From a virus (taxonomy: Duplodnaviria; Caudoviricetes), in the IMG/VR virus record IMGVR_UViG_3300011338_000488, positions 1-42,546 of that record: a DNA stretch of 42,546 bases. One strand, 5' to 3'. Below the pieces are notes generated by a model that saw nothing but the letters and a program-made list of their open reading frames with translations, was not told where the DNA came from and did not search any database. The first letter of the stretch is position 1. Every line of letters starts with the position of its first letter. Positions 8,432 through 17,895 of this stretch are shown piece after piece. A program made the position numbers and the translations under genes.

Positions 8432-8737
8432 ATGCCTAAAATTAGCTTCGACTATGATGGTGTTCTAACAACAGAAAACGGTAAAAACCTTTTAAAGCAA
8501 AAAATAAAGGATGGTTTTGATGTTTATATAGTAACTGCACGCCAACGTTCACTTACTGTTATTAGATTTGCACGTGAGAACGGCATACCTTCAAATCGCG
8601 TGTTTTTTACCGAAGGCAAAGATAAGTATGAAACGATTGAACGTTTAGGAATTACAGTTCATTATGATAACAACCAGGAACAAATAGATAAAATTAACAA
8701 ATTCACTAACGCTAAAGGAATTTTATATAATGGCTAG
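8432..8737 (+). CDS. small HAD-superfamily-like protein
   Basis: ISFDYDGVL motif I, IVTAR motif II, K, HYDNN motif IV. Confidence 0.75.
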   Translation: MPKISFDYDGVLTTENGKNLLKQKIKDGFDVYIVTARQRSLTVIRFARENGIPSNRVFFTEGKDKYETIERLGITVHYDNNQEQIDKINKFTNAKGILYNG

Positions 8738-9143
8738 ACCTTTGAAATTTAGTTCAGCTGAAGAAATGCAAAGCAAAATTGATGCTTACTTTGATTATTG
8801 CGAATCACGTAATAAAAAAGAAGTTGTAAAAACACGCGATTATTATGAAGTGATAGATTTGCCCGACCCTATCCCTTATACAGTTTACGGGCTTGCAGAC
8901 TTCTTAGATTGCGATGCTGACACGCTTTTGAACTATCAAACGAAAGACGGTTTTTCGGTAATTATAGCGCGCGCAAAACATAAAATATTGACTAACAAAG
9001 TAGAACGCGGCTTAGATGGTAAATCAAACCCTGCAATTACTAAGTTACTTTTGGGTTATAACTATGGCATTGTAGAACCTAAAGGCGAAACGCAAGACGA
9101 CAAAAACATTAACATAAATATTCAGTACCCACCTGATAAATAG
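8730..9143 (+). CDS. terS: terminase small subunit (P22 gp3-like)
   Basis: RPLKF.SAEEMQ..ID.YF, PYTVYGLA.FL, L.NY; directly upstream of TerL. Confidence 0.85.
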   Translation: MARPLKFSSAEEMQSKIDAYFDYCESRNKKEVVKTRDYYEVIDLPDPIPYTVYGLADFLDCDADTLLNYQTKDGFSVIIARAKHKILTNKVERGLDGKSNPAITKLLLGYNYGIVEPKGETQDDKNININIQYPPDK

Positions 9144-10594
9144 TGCCGCGTAACATCGACATAACACTATACCGACCGCACTCAGGGCAACAGCGTATCT
9201 TAAGCAATAAACGGCGTTTTAATTGCATAGTATGTGCGCGTAGGTTTGGCAAGACTGAATTGATTACATCGGTTGCGTTACCGTTGATTTCACCTGCAGT
9301 ATTTGAAGGTAAGTTCGTAGGTATTTTTGTCGATGACTTTAAAGATTTTGCGCAAAGCTGGGCTAAGATAGTTGATACTTATAAGCTAAGTTCTGAAGGC
9401 GGCATCATATCGCATAAAGATGAAACATCTAAAATTATGCAGTTCTTAAATGGCGGAGTTTTAGAGGTCTGGTCCATCGGGGATGAAGGGCGAAAAGATA
9501 AAGGGCGCGGGCGCAAATATCACCGCGTTATCTATGAAGAAACGCAAAAGATACCGAGCCACATATTAGAATACCATTGGAAAACAGTAGCACGCCCTAC
9601 CTTAACAGATTTTAAAGGTGAGGCGTTTTTTATTGGTACCGCTGCAGGTAAAGATAACTATTGGTACGAACTATGCAGAAACGGCGCTAAGGCTGGTAAT
9701 GTTGAACGTAACTGTTATTCTGATATTGATTTACCGCAATCGGAAAACGGAAGCGACAGTTGGATTACGTTTAGAATGGAAACAACAGATAACCCTGCAA
9801 TAGACCCTGCTGAGGTAGCCGATGCAAGCCGTGACCTTGACCGCCTAACGTTTGAACAAGAGTATAAATCTGTATTTGTAGATTATTCAGGTGAAGCATG
9901 GGTATATGTTCTAAAGGACAAAAGCATTCAGCAAAAAGTATTTCAACCCGCAAAAAAAATCAGTTGGGAAACGGAACAGCTGTATGTTAGTTTTGACTTT
10001 AACAAAATACCAATGACCGCGGCGGTAATGAAAAAAACAACACTATCGCCTGACTTATCAGCGCGTTCACGTTACAGGTATGGTGTGCATATCGTTAAAG
10101 AATTTAAGATAGGTTCTGAAGAACGAGGCGAGGCATCTATTTATGATACATGCCAAGCGTTTAGAGAATGGGTATTTACCGAAACAAATAAGAAAATCGG
10201 CCGCTGGTCAGATACTGCTATTTATCCTTGTACTATACCACTACTAATTACAGGTGATGCGAGCGGTGACCGTTCCGATGGTAGGCAACGTGTTTCTAAA
10301 ACCTACTACGAAATTATACAAGAAGAACTGCAATTACCCGCGCGTTTTTTTGTAGTGCCTAAAGCTAACCCGCTGCATGCTGAAAGTTACGTGCAAACGA
10401 ATACTATTATAAGCATGTGTCCAGATTTTCAGATTTATGAAGATAAATGTCCGGGCTTGCGTATGGATTGTTTGCGTATTAAATCTGATAATAGCCGCCG
10501 AATCATTAAAGGCAAAGGCGAAGAACGGCAAGCTGACTTATTAGATAATCTTAGATACTTATTAAATACGTTTTGTCAAGATATAAAACTATGA
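9143..10594 (+). CDS. terL: terminase large subunit
   Basis: PHSGQ, ARRFGKT Walker A, GRG...VIYEE Walker B, FEQEY, SFDFN and GDASG nuclease motifs, DLLDNLRY. Confidence 0.93.
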   Translation: MPRNIDITLYRPHSGQQRILSNKRRFNCIVCARRFGKTELITSVALPLISPAVFEGKFVGIFVDDFKDFAQSWAKIVDTYKLSSEGGIISHKDETSKIMQFLNGGVLEVWSIGDEGRKDKGRGRKYHRVIYEETQKIPSHILEYHWKTVARPTLTDFKGEAFFIGTAAGKDNYWYELCRNGAKAGNVERNCYSDIDLPQSENGSDSWITFRMETTDNPAIDPAEVADASRDLDRLTFEQEYKSVFVDYSGEAWVYVLKDKSIQQKVFQPAKKISWETEQLYVSFDFNKIPMTAAVMKKTTLSPDLSARSRYRYGVHIVKEFKIGSEERGEASIYDTCQAFREWVFTETNKKIGRWSDTAIYPCTIPLLITGDASGDRSDGRQRVSKTYYEIIQEELQLPARFFVVPKANPLHAESYVQTNTIISMCPDFQIYEDKCPGLRMDCLRIKSDNSRRIIKGKGEERQADLLDNLRYLLNTFCQDIKL

Positions 10595-10666
10595 CCATAT
10601 CGAGCATATCCTCGAAATGATACCATCTCGTTGACGCCAACGAAATGATAACCCTAAACTATGACC
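10586..10666. repeat. two tandem 28-bp palindromic units inside an 11-bp direct repeat
   Basis: AAACTATGACC at 10586-96 and 10656-66; units at 10594-10621 and 10622-10649. Confidence 0.85.
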
Positions 10667-10667
10667 T

Positions 10668-11504
10668 ATGATTTACCGCCCCAAAATTAAAGTACATTCT
10701 AATGATGAAATAGAATATTGGAAAAACCTAATAAATGAAAAACGTTATCAGCATAAAACTCTTCAGCGCTGGTTAGTTATTTCAGATGTGCACAGGCCGT
10801 TTCATAACCAAATACTATGGCAAAAGCTACTAAGGCTAATAAGCGAATTAGGTACTAACTTACACGGCATTGTATTAGCGGGCGATTATTTAGACCTATA
10901 CACCTTAGGTTCTTATAATGCCGAATCATTGGCCAACTTATCGGGCCTAACACTACAAGATGAGTACATAGATGGCCTACAAGGTATAGACGATATTAAC
11001 AGCGCTTTCAAAGGTGCTAAAAAATATTTTCTATTTGGCAATCATGAAGACCGATATTTTAGACATATCAAAGAAAAAGATAATGCCAAATACGGCGGCG
11101 CATTGATTAACCCAACTGAGGCGTTATATCTTCATGAGCGCGGATGGGAAGTGAAAACAGATTGGCAAAGTGACTATTTCACATTAGGCAAACACTTGGA
11201 TATTGTGCACGGTGTTTACACTTCTATTCATGCAGCAAAAGCGCATTTAGATAAAACACAACATTCGGTAATGTTTGGCCATACGCACCGGGTTCAATGC
11301 TATCATACTGGTAACAAAGCAGCCTTCAATATCGGCGGTCTATTCGATATTAAATCAAAAGGTTTTACCTACATGCCGAGATTCCAGCGCCAATTGTGGG
11401 CAAATGGTTTCGCCATCGTCAACGTAACTGACGATGGCGATTTTTACGTTGAACAGGTTAATGTTTGGGCTGATAAGTTCTTAGCTAACGGTAAGATGTA
11501 TTAG
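10668..11504 (+). CDS. calcineurin-like metallophosphoesterase
   Basis: SDVH, GDYLD, GNHE, HG, GHTH motifs. Confidence 0.92.
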   Translation: MIYRPKIKVHSNDEIEYWKNLINEKRYQHKTLQRWLVISDVHRPFHNQILWQKLLRLISELGTNLHGIVLAGDYLDLYTLGSYNAESLANLSGLTLQDEYIDGLQGIDDINSAFKGAKKYFLFGNHEDRYFRHIKEKDNAKYGGALINPTEALYLHERGWEVKTDWQSDYFTLGKHLDIVHGVYTSIHAAKAHLDKTQHSVMFGHTHRVQCYHTGNKAAFNIGGLFDIKSKGFTYMPRFQRQLWANGFAIVNVTDDGDFYVEQVNVWADKFLANGKMY

Positions 11505-11887
11505 CGCATGAACATTGATGTATAGGGGTGGCTTGGATAATTAAATAATGTATAATCATAAGGCCATTTAACACCGCTGGTTATATGCTTTTGCCATGCT
11601 TGCCACGGCGTTTTAAATTTAGGTTCTCGAAAGTCTAACCAAAAATAACAGCGGTGTGTTTTAAGTTCGTTATTCAGCATGGCAACCCACGAATAATAAC
11701 GCGATTCTGTTTCTAATACTGAGTAGTGCCGCGATGGTAACCAAAATTTTAAATGCTTATTCTTTCGGTAAAACTTACGCGTTAAAGGGAACATATTAAA
11801 CGAATCATTTAGCATCAAACCTAATTCTATACTGTCAGGTTGCCCGCTTAAAATTAGTTCGCGCACCCATTTAGATTCCGTTTGCAT
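11501..11887 (-). CDS. hypothetical protein (Trp-rich)
   Basis: Overlaps sigma gene end; convergent with the phosphoesterase. Confidence 0.65.
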   Translation of the reverse strand: MQTESKWVRELILSGQPDSIELGLMLNDSFNMFPLTRKFYRKNKHLKFWLPSRHYSVLETESRYYSWVAMLNNELKTHRCYFWLDFREPKFKTPWQAWQKHITSGVKWPYDYTLFNYPSHPYTSMFMR

Positions 11888-12638
11888 ATTTGTTGCGTAT
11901 TTTGTGAAATGCTTGTTTTTCTATTTGCCTTACACGTTCGCGGCAAACGTTCATCTTTTCAGCTACTTGGCTTAAATCTTGCGGGAATGTATCGAAGTAT
12001 CTGTACTGCAAAATCTTTAATTCACGGTCCGTTAAACATTCGGTAACTTCGTTGTAAAGTTCTTTTAGTTCAATCTGTAAAATATGCTTATCTGTTAGGT
12101 CATCTGATGCAACTTGATATATTGCATCGCCATCTTCGTTCAAATCGTCTAAGCTAACAAATCCTGTAATACTTTGAGCTGATACAATCAGATGCTCAGG
12201 TATATTTAGCTTTTCGGCCAATAGCTGACTATCTGTTTCTTCATGCTTACCAATTTTATATTTTATATCGCTTATTTTGTGCGGTAATCTAACAAAACTT
12301 TTCTTAGTATCTAAAAACTCTTTAATGTAGCGCTGAATGTGAAACAGCGCGTAACTTATAAACTTATTTTCGTATGCTGGGTTAAATGTATCGGCAGCTT
12401 TAATAAGTCCTATCATAGCTTCGCTTACTAAATCCATTATATCGCATTGCGAGTTATCGTAACGAAATGCAACCGATGCAGCAAACAGCATATTATGTTT
12501 TATTAGCATATCGCGATTCGCGGTACGTTCCTGTTCACGCGTTAAAGGTTTATATTGTTGCGCTTCGGTTAAGAACTGCTGCAAGATACCTTTTTTATCG
12601 CGCTTGTTATTTCCTTTAATATGTACGTGCCTAATCAT
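11871..12638 (-). CDS. sigma-70 family RNA polymerase sigma factor (RpoD-like, no region 1.1)
   Basis: PLTREQE (1.2), DLVSEAMIGLIKAA..F...KFISYA (2), VRLP, VSLD (3), LTDRE...RERVRQIE..A..K (4.2). Confidence 0.9.
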   Translation of the reverse strand: MIRHVHIKGNNKRDKKGILQQFLTEAQQYKPLTREQERTANRDMLIKHNMLFAASVAFRYDNSQCDIMDLVSEAMIGLIKAADTFNPAYENKFISYALFHIQRYIKEFLDTKKSFVRLPHKISDIKYKIGKHEETDSQLLAEKLNIPEHLIVSAQSITGFVSLDDLNEDGDAIYQVASDDLTDKHILQIELKELYNEVTECLTDRELKILQYRYFDTFPQDLSQVAEKMNVCRERVRQIEKQAFHKIRNKYANGI

Positions 12639-12942
12639 AAGTATAGAATTGATAAAAGTTTAAAACTTGTTGAGATGTACGGCGGCAGATAAACGCATCT
12701 TTGTGGGCGCGTTTCCAAGTGGTTAGCATTATTTCAGCTTCTTCAAGTGTGTTGTAAACAAACATAATCCGATATAGACTATCTGTTTGTTCTACTTGCG
12801 CCTGTTCTAATGTACACATCGCTAAGTGTTCAGCTCGTATAAATTCAGGGTGTCGAGTGCTAAGTATCTGAATGCAGTACATAGTATCTGTTTGCGCATA
12901 AGCTGATGCGCTGAATAGTAGGATAAAAAGTAGTGTTCTCAT
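12631..12942 (-). CDS. exported SPOR-like peptidoglycan-binding protein
   Basis: Signal peptide ending AYA; YCIQI..., YRI...YNTLEEA...L...K..HKDAFI matches SPOR pattern. Confidence 0.6.
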   Translation of the reverse strand: MRTLLFILLFSASAYAQTDTMYCIQILSTRHPEFIRAEHLAMCTLEQAQVEQTDSLYRIMFVYNTLEEAEIMLTTWKRAHKDAFICRRTSQQVLNFYQFYTYD

Positions 12943-12954
12943 GTTGTTGTGATT

Positions 12955-13086
12955 TTATTTGTTATCTAATTCGTATTCTTTAATTCTACCAAGCCAATAG
13001 TTAGCTCTTTGAACATCGCCCATATCTTTATTAAAATAATATCTTTGATATAGGAATAATAATTGCGAATCCATTTGTTTTTTCAT
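12955..13086 (-). CDS. small hypothetical protein, 43 aa (MKKQMDSQLLFLYQRYY...)
   Basis: Translated by hand; fills gap in leftward operon. Confidence 0.55.
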   Translation of the reverse strand: MKKQMDSQLLFLYQRYYFNKDMGDVQRANYWLGRIKEYELDNK

Positions 13087-13095
13087 AATATTAAA

Positions 13096-13404
13096 TTATT
13101 TGTTGTTATCTAATGATTCTAATTTTCTAATTGCCCAGTTAATACCAGCATCTGAACCCCAAGCATCCCACATAATGCCGCCGCAACCTTCATTATACGG
13201 TACGTTTTTATTCTGCTGATGCCTAATGAATGCCGCCATGCGTTTAACTGTTTCAATGCTTATCGGTTCGCCCTTGGCTAATTGGTTAGCGCGTGCCCAA
13301 CCTACTAAAGTACCGCAGCCTTTTGTATTGCCTGTTTCTTCTTTCCATTTTAGTGCACGTTTCGCCGCTTCGGTTGCGGCTTTTGGATAATCTGTAAATG
13401 TCAT
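13096..13404 (-). CDS. conserved phage protein of unknown function (TDYP...GW.RANQLA...WDAWG)
   Basis: Start moved to ATG 13404 (A-rich leader, no overlap with upstream gene). Confidence 0.75.
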   Translation of the reverse strand: MTFTDYPKAATEAAKRALKWKEETGNTKGCGTLVGWARANQLAKGEPISIETVKRMAAFIRHQQNKNVPYNEGCGGIMWDAWGSDAGINWAIRKLESLDNNK

Positions 13405-13427
13405 GATGTTGTTATGTGATTTTGAAT

Positions 13428-13622
13428 TTATGGTAAAATAGTTGCTCTTAATCTTCCAGTCTTTGTTAGATATAAGCCCCACAAACAGCCGTGCATTTGC
13501 GCCTTAATAATCTTTTTTGCGTATGCATCGCTAAAATATTCTGTTAACTGCGTTGAGCTTACAAATCTAACAACTTTGTCGCTGGTCTTGCTTTCGAAAA
13601 TTGGCATTGAATCTGTATTCAT
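13428..13622 (-). CDS. hypothetical protein
   Basis: Start moved to ATG 13622 after AAAACTTAAAAACTTT leader. Confidence 0.6.
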   Translation of the reverse strand: MNTDSMPIFESKTSDKVVRFVSSTQLTEYFSDAYAKKIIKAQMHGCLWGLYLTKTGRLRATILP

Positions 13623-13651
13623 AATAATAAAGTTTTTAAGTTTTGATATAA

Positions 13652-13951
13652 TTATTCTGCATTCATTCCACTGTGTAACCAAGCATCTGTTCCGAAAACA
13701 AATCTTTCATCTTTGCTGCTTGTTTTAGCGTTTTGTTGAGATAGCGCTGCAATAAATTCTTCTTTTACTGCTTCTACATCTTGCTTGTCTACTTGTCCAA
13801 AACAGTATTCTTGGTTGCTAACATAAACAGAAACAAAATATCCTTTTTTGCCTGCTTTAACATAAACTGTACCGTTAAATCTGCCACCGTTGTTAATTGC
13901 TGCAATTGCTTCGTTTGCTCTTTCAATTCTGTAATTTGCTAAAGTTGTCAT
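13652..13951 (-). CDS. hypothetical early protein
   Basis: First gene after a consensus promoter. Confidence 0.7.
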   Translation of the reverse strand: MTTLANYRIERANEAIAAINNGGRFNGTVYVKAGKKGYFVSVYVSNQEYCFGQVDKQDVEAVKEEFIAALSQQNAKTSSKDERFVFGTDAWLHSGMNAE

Positions 13952-13989
13952 AATCTTAATTTTTTAAAGCGTTTCATCAAATCGATGCT

Positions 13990-14020
13990 CAAAGATACAG
14001 CTACTTTTCAAAACTGCAAA
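13990..14020 (-). promoter_or_regulatory. Bacteroidota sigma-A promoter driving the leftward sigma-factor block
   Basis: - strand TTTG(14020-17)-N19-TATCTTTG(13997-90). Confidence 0.8.
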
Positions 14021-14090
14021 TATTTTTATTAAAATTTTATAAAATATTTTATCTTTTTTTGCCCTAACTTTACAACCAAATTATAAACAC

Positions 14091-14651
14091 ATGATTTTTA
14101 GAAAACGAAACAGAGCAGAACAAAACGAAAGTAATTACCAGAAGTGGCTTAAAACCTACATTCCCGAAACTACAAAGCAGCGTATAGAATTGACAAGAGT
14201 ATTTACAGACCGCGCTGGTAATAACTTTTACATTTTGAAAAACCCTGCAAACCTAACACGTGAACGTGCGCAAAGAATTGAGGAAGCTATGACCGCTATT
14301 GATTTTGGCATTAACAAAACCGAAGTAGTTGAAAAGCTAAATGGCATGTTAGAAATAGTTGAAGATATGCCATGGCAAAACATGACCCGCGATAAGCTAA
14401 AAGAATTTCATACTAAATCTAAGGACCAATTAAACGATATTCTGTATAGGCTTAAAAGCGTAAAGATTGACGATTTATTATTAGAAGCTGGTTTGTATTT
14501 CTTTTATATTGATGGTGAAAACCCGTACATTATAAATTCAGAAACACAACAGCGCAAAATGGATGCAATTAAAAAAGACGATGAACTGCGCGCTTTTTTT
14601 TTGAACAGTATAGAACAAATCTTGAAAGGTTCGAGCGCTTCAAACGTTTAA
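14091..14651 (+). CDS. putative tail assembly chaperone (gpG-like)
   Basis: Directly upstream of tape measure; slippery T9 near 3' end. Confidence 0.7.
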   Translation: MIFRKRNRAEQNESNYQKWLKTYIPETTKQRIELTRVFTDRAGNNFYILKNPANLTRERAQRIEEAMTAIDFGINKTEVVEKLNGMLEIVEDMPWQNMTRDKLKEFHTKSKDQLNDILYRLKSVKIDDLLLEAGLYFFYIDGENPYIINSETQQRKMDAIKKDDELRAFFLNSIEQILKGSSASNV

Positions 14652-14905
14652 ATTTTCCAAGGCTAAACAAGATTGACCCGAACACTAAACCAAAAAAGAA
14701 ACCGCAAACATATCAGCACGCATTACAAAAACTAAAAGAACAAAACCGCGAAAACGATTATATTATAACTAAGGGCGACCCGGTACAGATGGCAAATGTT
14801 AGATTTTGGGTTATACGTGATTATTATTCAGCATTAGAACAAATACTTAAAGATAACGATAGGGCAGAACAAGCCAATAAAAAAATAAACAATGGCAGAA
14901 ATTAA
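14600..14905 (+). CDS. -1 frameshift extension of tail chaperone (gpGT-like)
   Basis: After T9 (14594-14602) the -1 frame is open for 101 codons (FEQYRTNLERF...INNGRN) and ends overlapping the tape-measure start. Confidence 0.75.
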   Translation, partial: FEQYRTNLERFERFKRLNFPRLNKIDPNTKPKKKPQTYQHALQKLKEQNRENDYIITKGDPVQMANVRFWVIRDYYSALEQILKDNDRAEQANKKINNGRN

Positions 14906-17720
14906 AGACGTTTATAGTTTAGAATTTAATAGTTCACAGTTTCAAACTGAAATCAATTCAGCAATTGAAAGTATCGACCAACTAAACGCGGCGATGGAAC
15001 AAGGCGTGGACGTTGCCGACGAATTAGAATCAGCACAGGCAAACTTAGTTAACGTGTTGAATACTGAAGCTAAAGGAGTTGAACAGTTGAATCAGAAAAG
15101 AAATGTATTAGTAAATACACAGAAAAAACTAAATGTTGAATCTAATACAAATAAAAAAATAACTGATGAACTTGAAAAAACTAATAAAAAATTAACAGAT
15201 ACAACAGTTGATTTGACGAATAAGCAAAAAAGCTTTGGCGGTCAACTACTACAAGGTGCGCGAAATATAAATTCAATGCGCCGCGCTGGTATGATGTTAG
15301 GTAATGTATTTAGATTGTTAGGCGGTTTAAATCCGTTTGGTTTATTGCTTACTGCTTTGCCTACTGTAATAGATTATATTTTTGGTGCTACAAGTGCTCA
15401 AAAAGCATTTAACGAAGCAACTGAATCAGCTGTTGCGGGTTATGCTAAAGAAAAAGTAGCATTAGATGATTTATTTGGCTCTTTAAATGATGCAAACATC
15501 AAAGGTGAAGAACGTAGCGCAATAATTCAAAAAGTTAATGAACAGTACGGAGAATATTTGCCAAACTTATTAACCGAAGCAAATACAGCTGAAGAAGTTG
15601 CAGCGGCTTACGATTTAATCAATAACGCATTGATAAGAAAAGCGGTTACACAGGCTAAAACAAACGCATTAGAAGCGGTTACAGGTAAATTAATACAAGA
15701 TAGGATAGCGGGTTTAGAAAGACAAAAAAAGGCTCAAAAAGAATTAGACGATGCTGGAGTAGCTATACTTATGAGAAATAAAGATGGTGAAGAAATGTTT
15801 TCAAGACCAACAAACGATGACCAAGCACGCGCAATAAATAATTTTAAAGCAGCTAAAAAGAATTTACAAAATATAGATAAAGCTTACAAAGAAGAAGTTA
15901 AAAAAATAAACGAATCAGCAAAAGACCTTGAAAAATCATTGGGTTTAACTCAAGTACCACCAGCACCACCAAAACCACCGAAACCGCAAAAACCTTTAAC
16001 GCAAGCAAACAGAAACGCTACCGATGAAAAAGCAAAACTATTGCAAGAAGAACTAACCAATCTTGAAAATGCTTTGAAAATTGAAATCGGTTTAACTGAA
16101 GAAGGTACAGAAGCGCGTGCAAGGGCCGAATTAAAATATATAGATGTTATCGAAGGATTTAGAATACAAAATCAAAAAGGTTTTGGCGATACTGAAGCTG
16201 AAATTACTTTAATGATGCAAGACAATGTATCTAAGCGCAAAAAAATAAACTTAGACTATTTTAATTCATTGGATGAAAAAGAAAAAGAACGTATTGAGAA
16301 AATTAAAGCACAGATTGATGAAATTGAAGCGTTATTAAATTTACAAATTCAAGATACCCAAGAAGGCAGCCAACAGCGTATTGATGCAGAAATGCAATAC
16401 TATGATGTGCTAAAAGATTTATATACAAGGTATGCCAAAGAATTAGGCATGACCGAAAAGCAAATAGATGATTTTGTAAAACAAGGCCTTAAAAAACGTT
16501 TTGGCCTATATGAAGACTATTATAATAAGCAGTCAACTAATCAGCTAAATAATTTAGAAACGCAACTAAACAACCAGCTAACGGTATTAGAACAAGAGCG
16601 TAACATACAATTGAAAGCGGCTACAGGCAATGCCGAAGAACAAGAAAAGATTAACAAAACTTATGATAAGCGCCGTTTAGAACTTGAAAAAGATACTAAC
16701 AAAAAAATATTAGATGCAAAAATAACGCTATTGAATCAGTTAAGAGCATTGGCCGTTTCAACTGGTGATGCTAATTTACTAACTGACATTGATAAGCAAA
16801 TTTCTGATATAGAATTAAAGTTAGTTGAATTAGGAAAACTTACTGAAGATGGCATTGAACCGCCCGACCCTAAAAAACTTATTGAACAAATAGGTCAAGT
16901 TATTACAGGCGTTTCTGATTCTGTTTTCTCTGTTCTAAATGCTCAGGTACAAGCCTACATTAGCGGACTTGATAAAGCCATTGATAAAAGTAAATCGGCA
17001 TTGGATGAAATACGCGCTAATAGTGAAGATTATAACGCGCGCCAATTAGAAATAGAAAAAGAACGTTTAGAAAAATTGGAAGCCGAACGCGCAAGGGCGG
17101 TTGAACGTGAAAAAACATTAGCGCAAGTACAATTAGCTATTAACGCTGCCGTTGCTATTTCAAAAGCCGCTGCTGAAGGTGGTGCGGCTGCCCCAGTTAC
17201 TATTGCGCTTACATTGGCATCGCTTATTGCAGGTTTAGCCCAAGCGCGTGTAGCTGCAGGTAATGCGTTTTTCAAAGGTGTTGAATACTTAGAACGCGGT
17301 AATAATAAACCAGGCCGCGATACAATACCAGCAATGCTAAACGAAGGCGAACGCGTTATTACAACCGATACAAATAATAAGTATTGGGATGTTCTTAGTG
17401 CTGTACACAATAATAGAATCCCAGCGGATGTACTCAATACATTTTCTAAAGCATATCAGCAAGGCGGCATTAAAGGCGCGTTAGGTGCGTTCGGAGATAA
17501 AGTATCACTTAGTAATGAGTTAGGCCAAAAATCTATATTTGTAAACGTTGCGCAAACATACGGCGGACTTGAAAACAGATTAGAACGTATCGAAAATGTT
17601 TTAACTGAATTGCCTAAATACATGCCGCGAACAACAGTTAGCGCAAACGCCAACGGTATATTCAAGATTGTAGAACAAAGACAAGCGCGTAAAAACTTTT
17701 CACGTAATTGGTCTAAATGA
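14892..17720 (+). CDS. tail tape measure protein
   Basis: 942 aa, largely coiled coil, two hydrophobic Ala/Gly segments, C-terminal FFKG...DTIPAMLNEGERVI. Confidence 0.82.
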   Translation: MAEIKDVYSLEFNSSQFQTEINSAIESIDQLNAAMEQGVDVADELESAQANLVNVLNTEAKGVEQLNQKRNVLVNTQKKLNVESNTNKKITDELEKTNKKLTDTTVDLTNKQKSFGGQLLQGARNINSMRRAGMMLGNVFRLLGGLNPFGLLLTALPTVIDYIFGATSAQKAFNEATESAVAGYAKEKVALDDLFGSLNDANIKGEERSAIIQKVNEQYGEYLPNLLTEANTAEEVAAAYDLINNALIRKAVTQAKTNALEAVTGKLIQDRIAGLERQKKAQKELDDAGVAILMRNKDGEEMFSRPTNDDQARAINNFKAAKKNLQNIDKAYKEEVKKINESAKDLEKSLGLTQVPPAPPKPPKPQKPLTQANRNATDEKAKLLQEELTNLENALKIEIGLTEEGTEARARAELKYIDVIEGFRIQNQKGFGDTEAEITLMMQDNVSKRKKINLDYFNSLDEKEKERIEKIKAQIDEIEALLNLQIQDTQEGSQQRIDAEMQYYDVLKDLYTRYAKELGMTEKQIDDFVKQGLKKRFGLYEDYYNKQSTNQLNNLETQLNNQLTVLEQERNIQLKAATGNAEEQEKINKTYDKRRLELEKDTNKKILDAKITLLNQLRALAVSTGDANLLTDIDKQISDIELKLVELGKLTEDGIEPPDPKKLIEQIGQVITGVSDSVFSVLNAQVQAYISGLDKAIDKSKSALDEIRANSEDYNARQLEIEKERLEKLEAERARAVEREKTLAQVQLAINAAVAISKAAAEGGAAAPVTIALTLASLIAGLAQARVAAGNAFFKGVEYLERGNNKPGRDTIPAMLNEGERVITTDTNNKYWDVLSAVHNNRIPADVLNTFSKAYQQGGIKGALGAFGDKVSLSNELGQKSIFVNVAQTYGGLENRLERIENVLTELPKYMPRTTVSANANGIFKIVEQRQARKNFSRNWSK

Positions 17721-17743
17721 TTTTATTAACATACACAATAACA

Positions 17744-17751
17744 TATTTTTG
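17744..17751 (+). promoter_or_regulatory. possible -7 promoter element TATTTTTG
   Basis: Intergenic TAnnTTTG match; no TTTG at -33. Confidence 0.4.
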
Positions 17752-17769
17752 CACATATAAATAAACATT

Positions 17770-17895
17770 ATGCCACTAATCAAATGCTTACCCGGAGATA
17801 ACAAATGTATTTCTAAAAACATTAAAACCTTAATAGCTGAAGGTAAACCGCAAGAACAAGCAGTTGCCATCGCTTTAAACTTGGTTAAGAAATGA
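17770..17895 (+). CDS. small phage protein, 41 aa (MPLIKCLPGDNKCISKNIKTLIAEGKPQEQAVAIALNLVKK)
   Basis: Translated by hand; ISKNI...GKPQ.QAVAIAL is a recurrent small phage-protein motif; ATGA overlap with next gene. Confidence 0.75.
   Translation: MPLIKCLPGDNKCISKNIKTLIAEGKPQEQAVAIALNLVKK

Noticed and set aside
10586-10666. Mini CRISPR array
   Set aside because: Two adjacent units with no spacer, non-identical, and no cas genes
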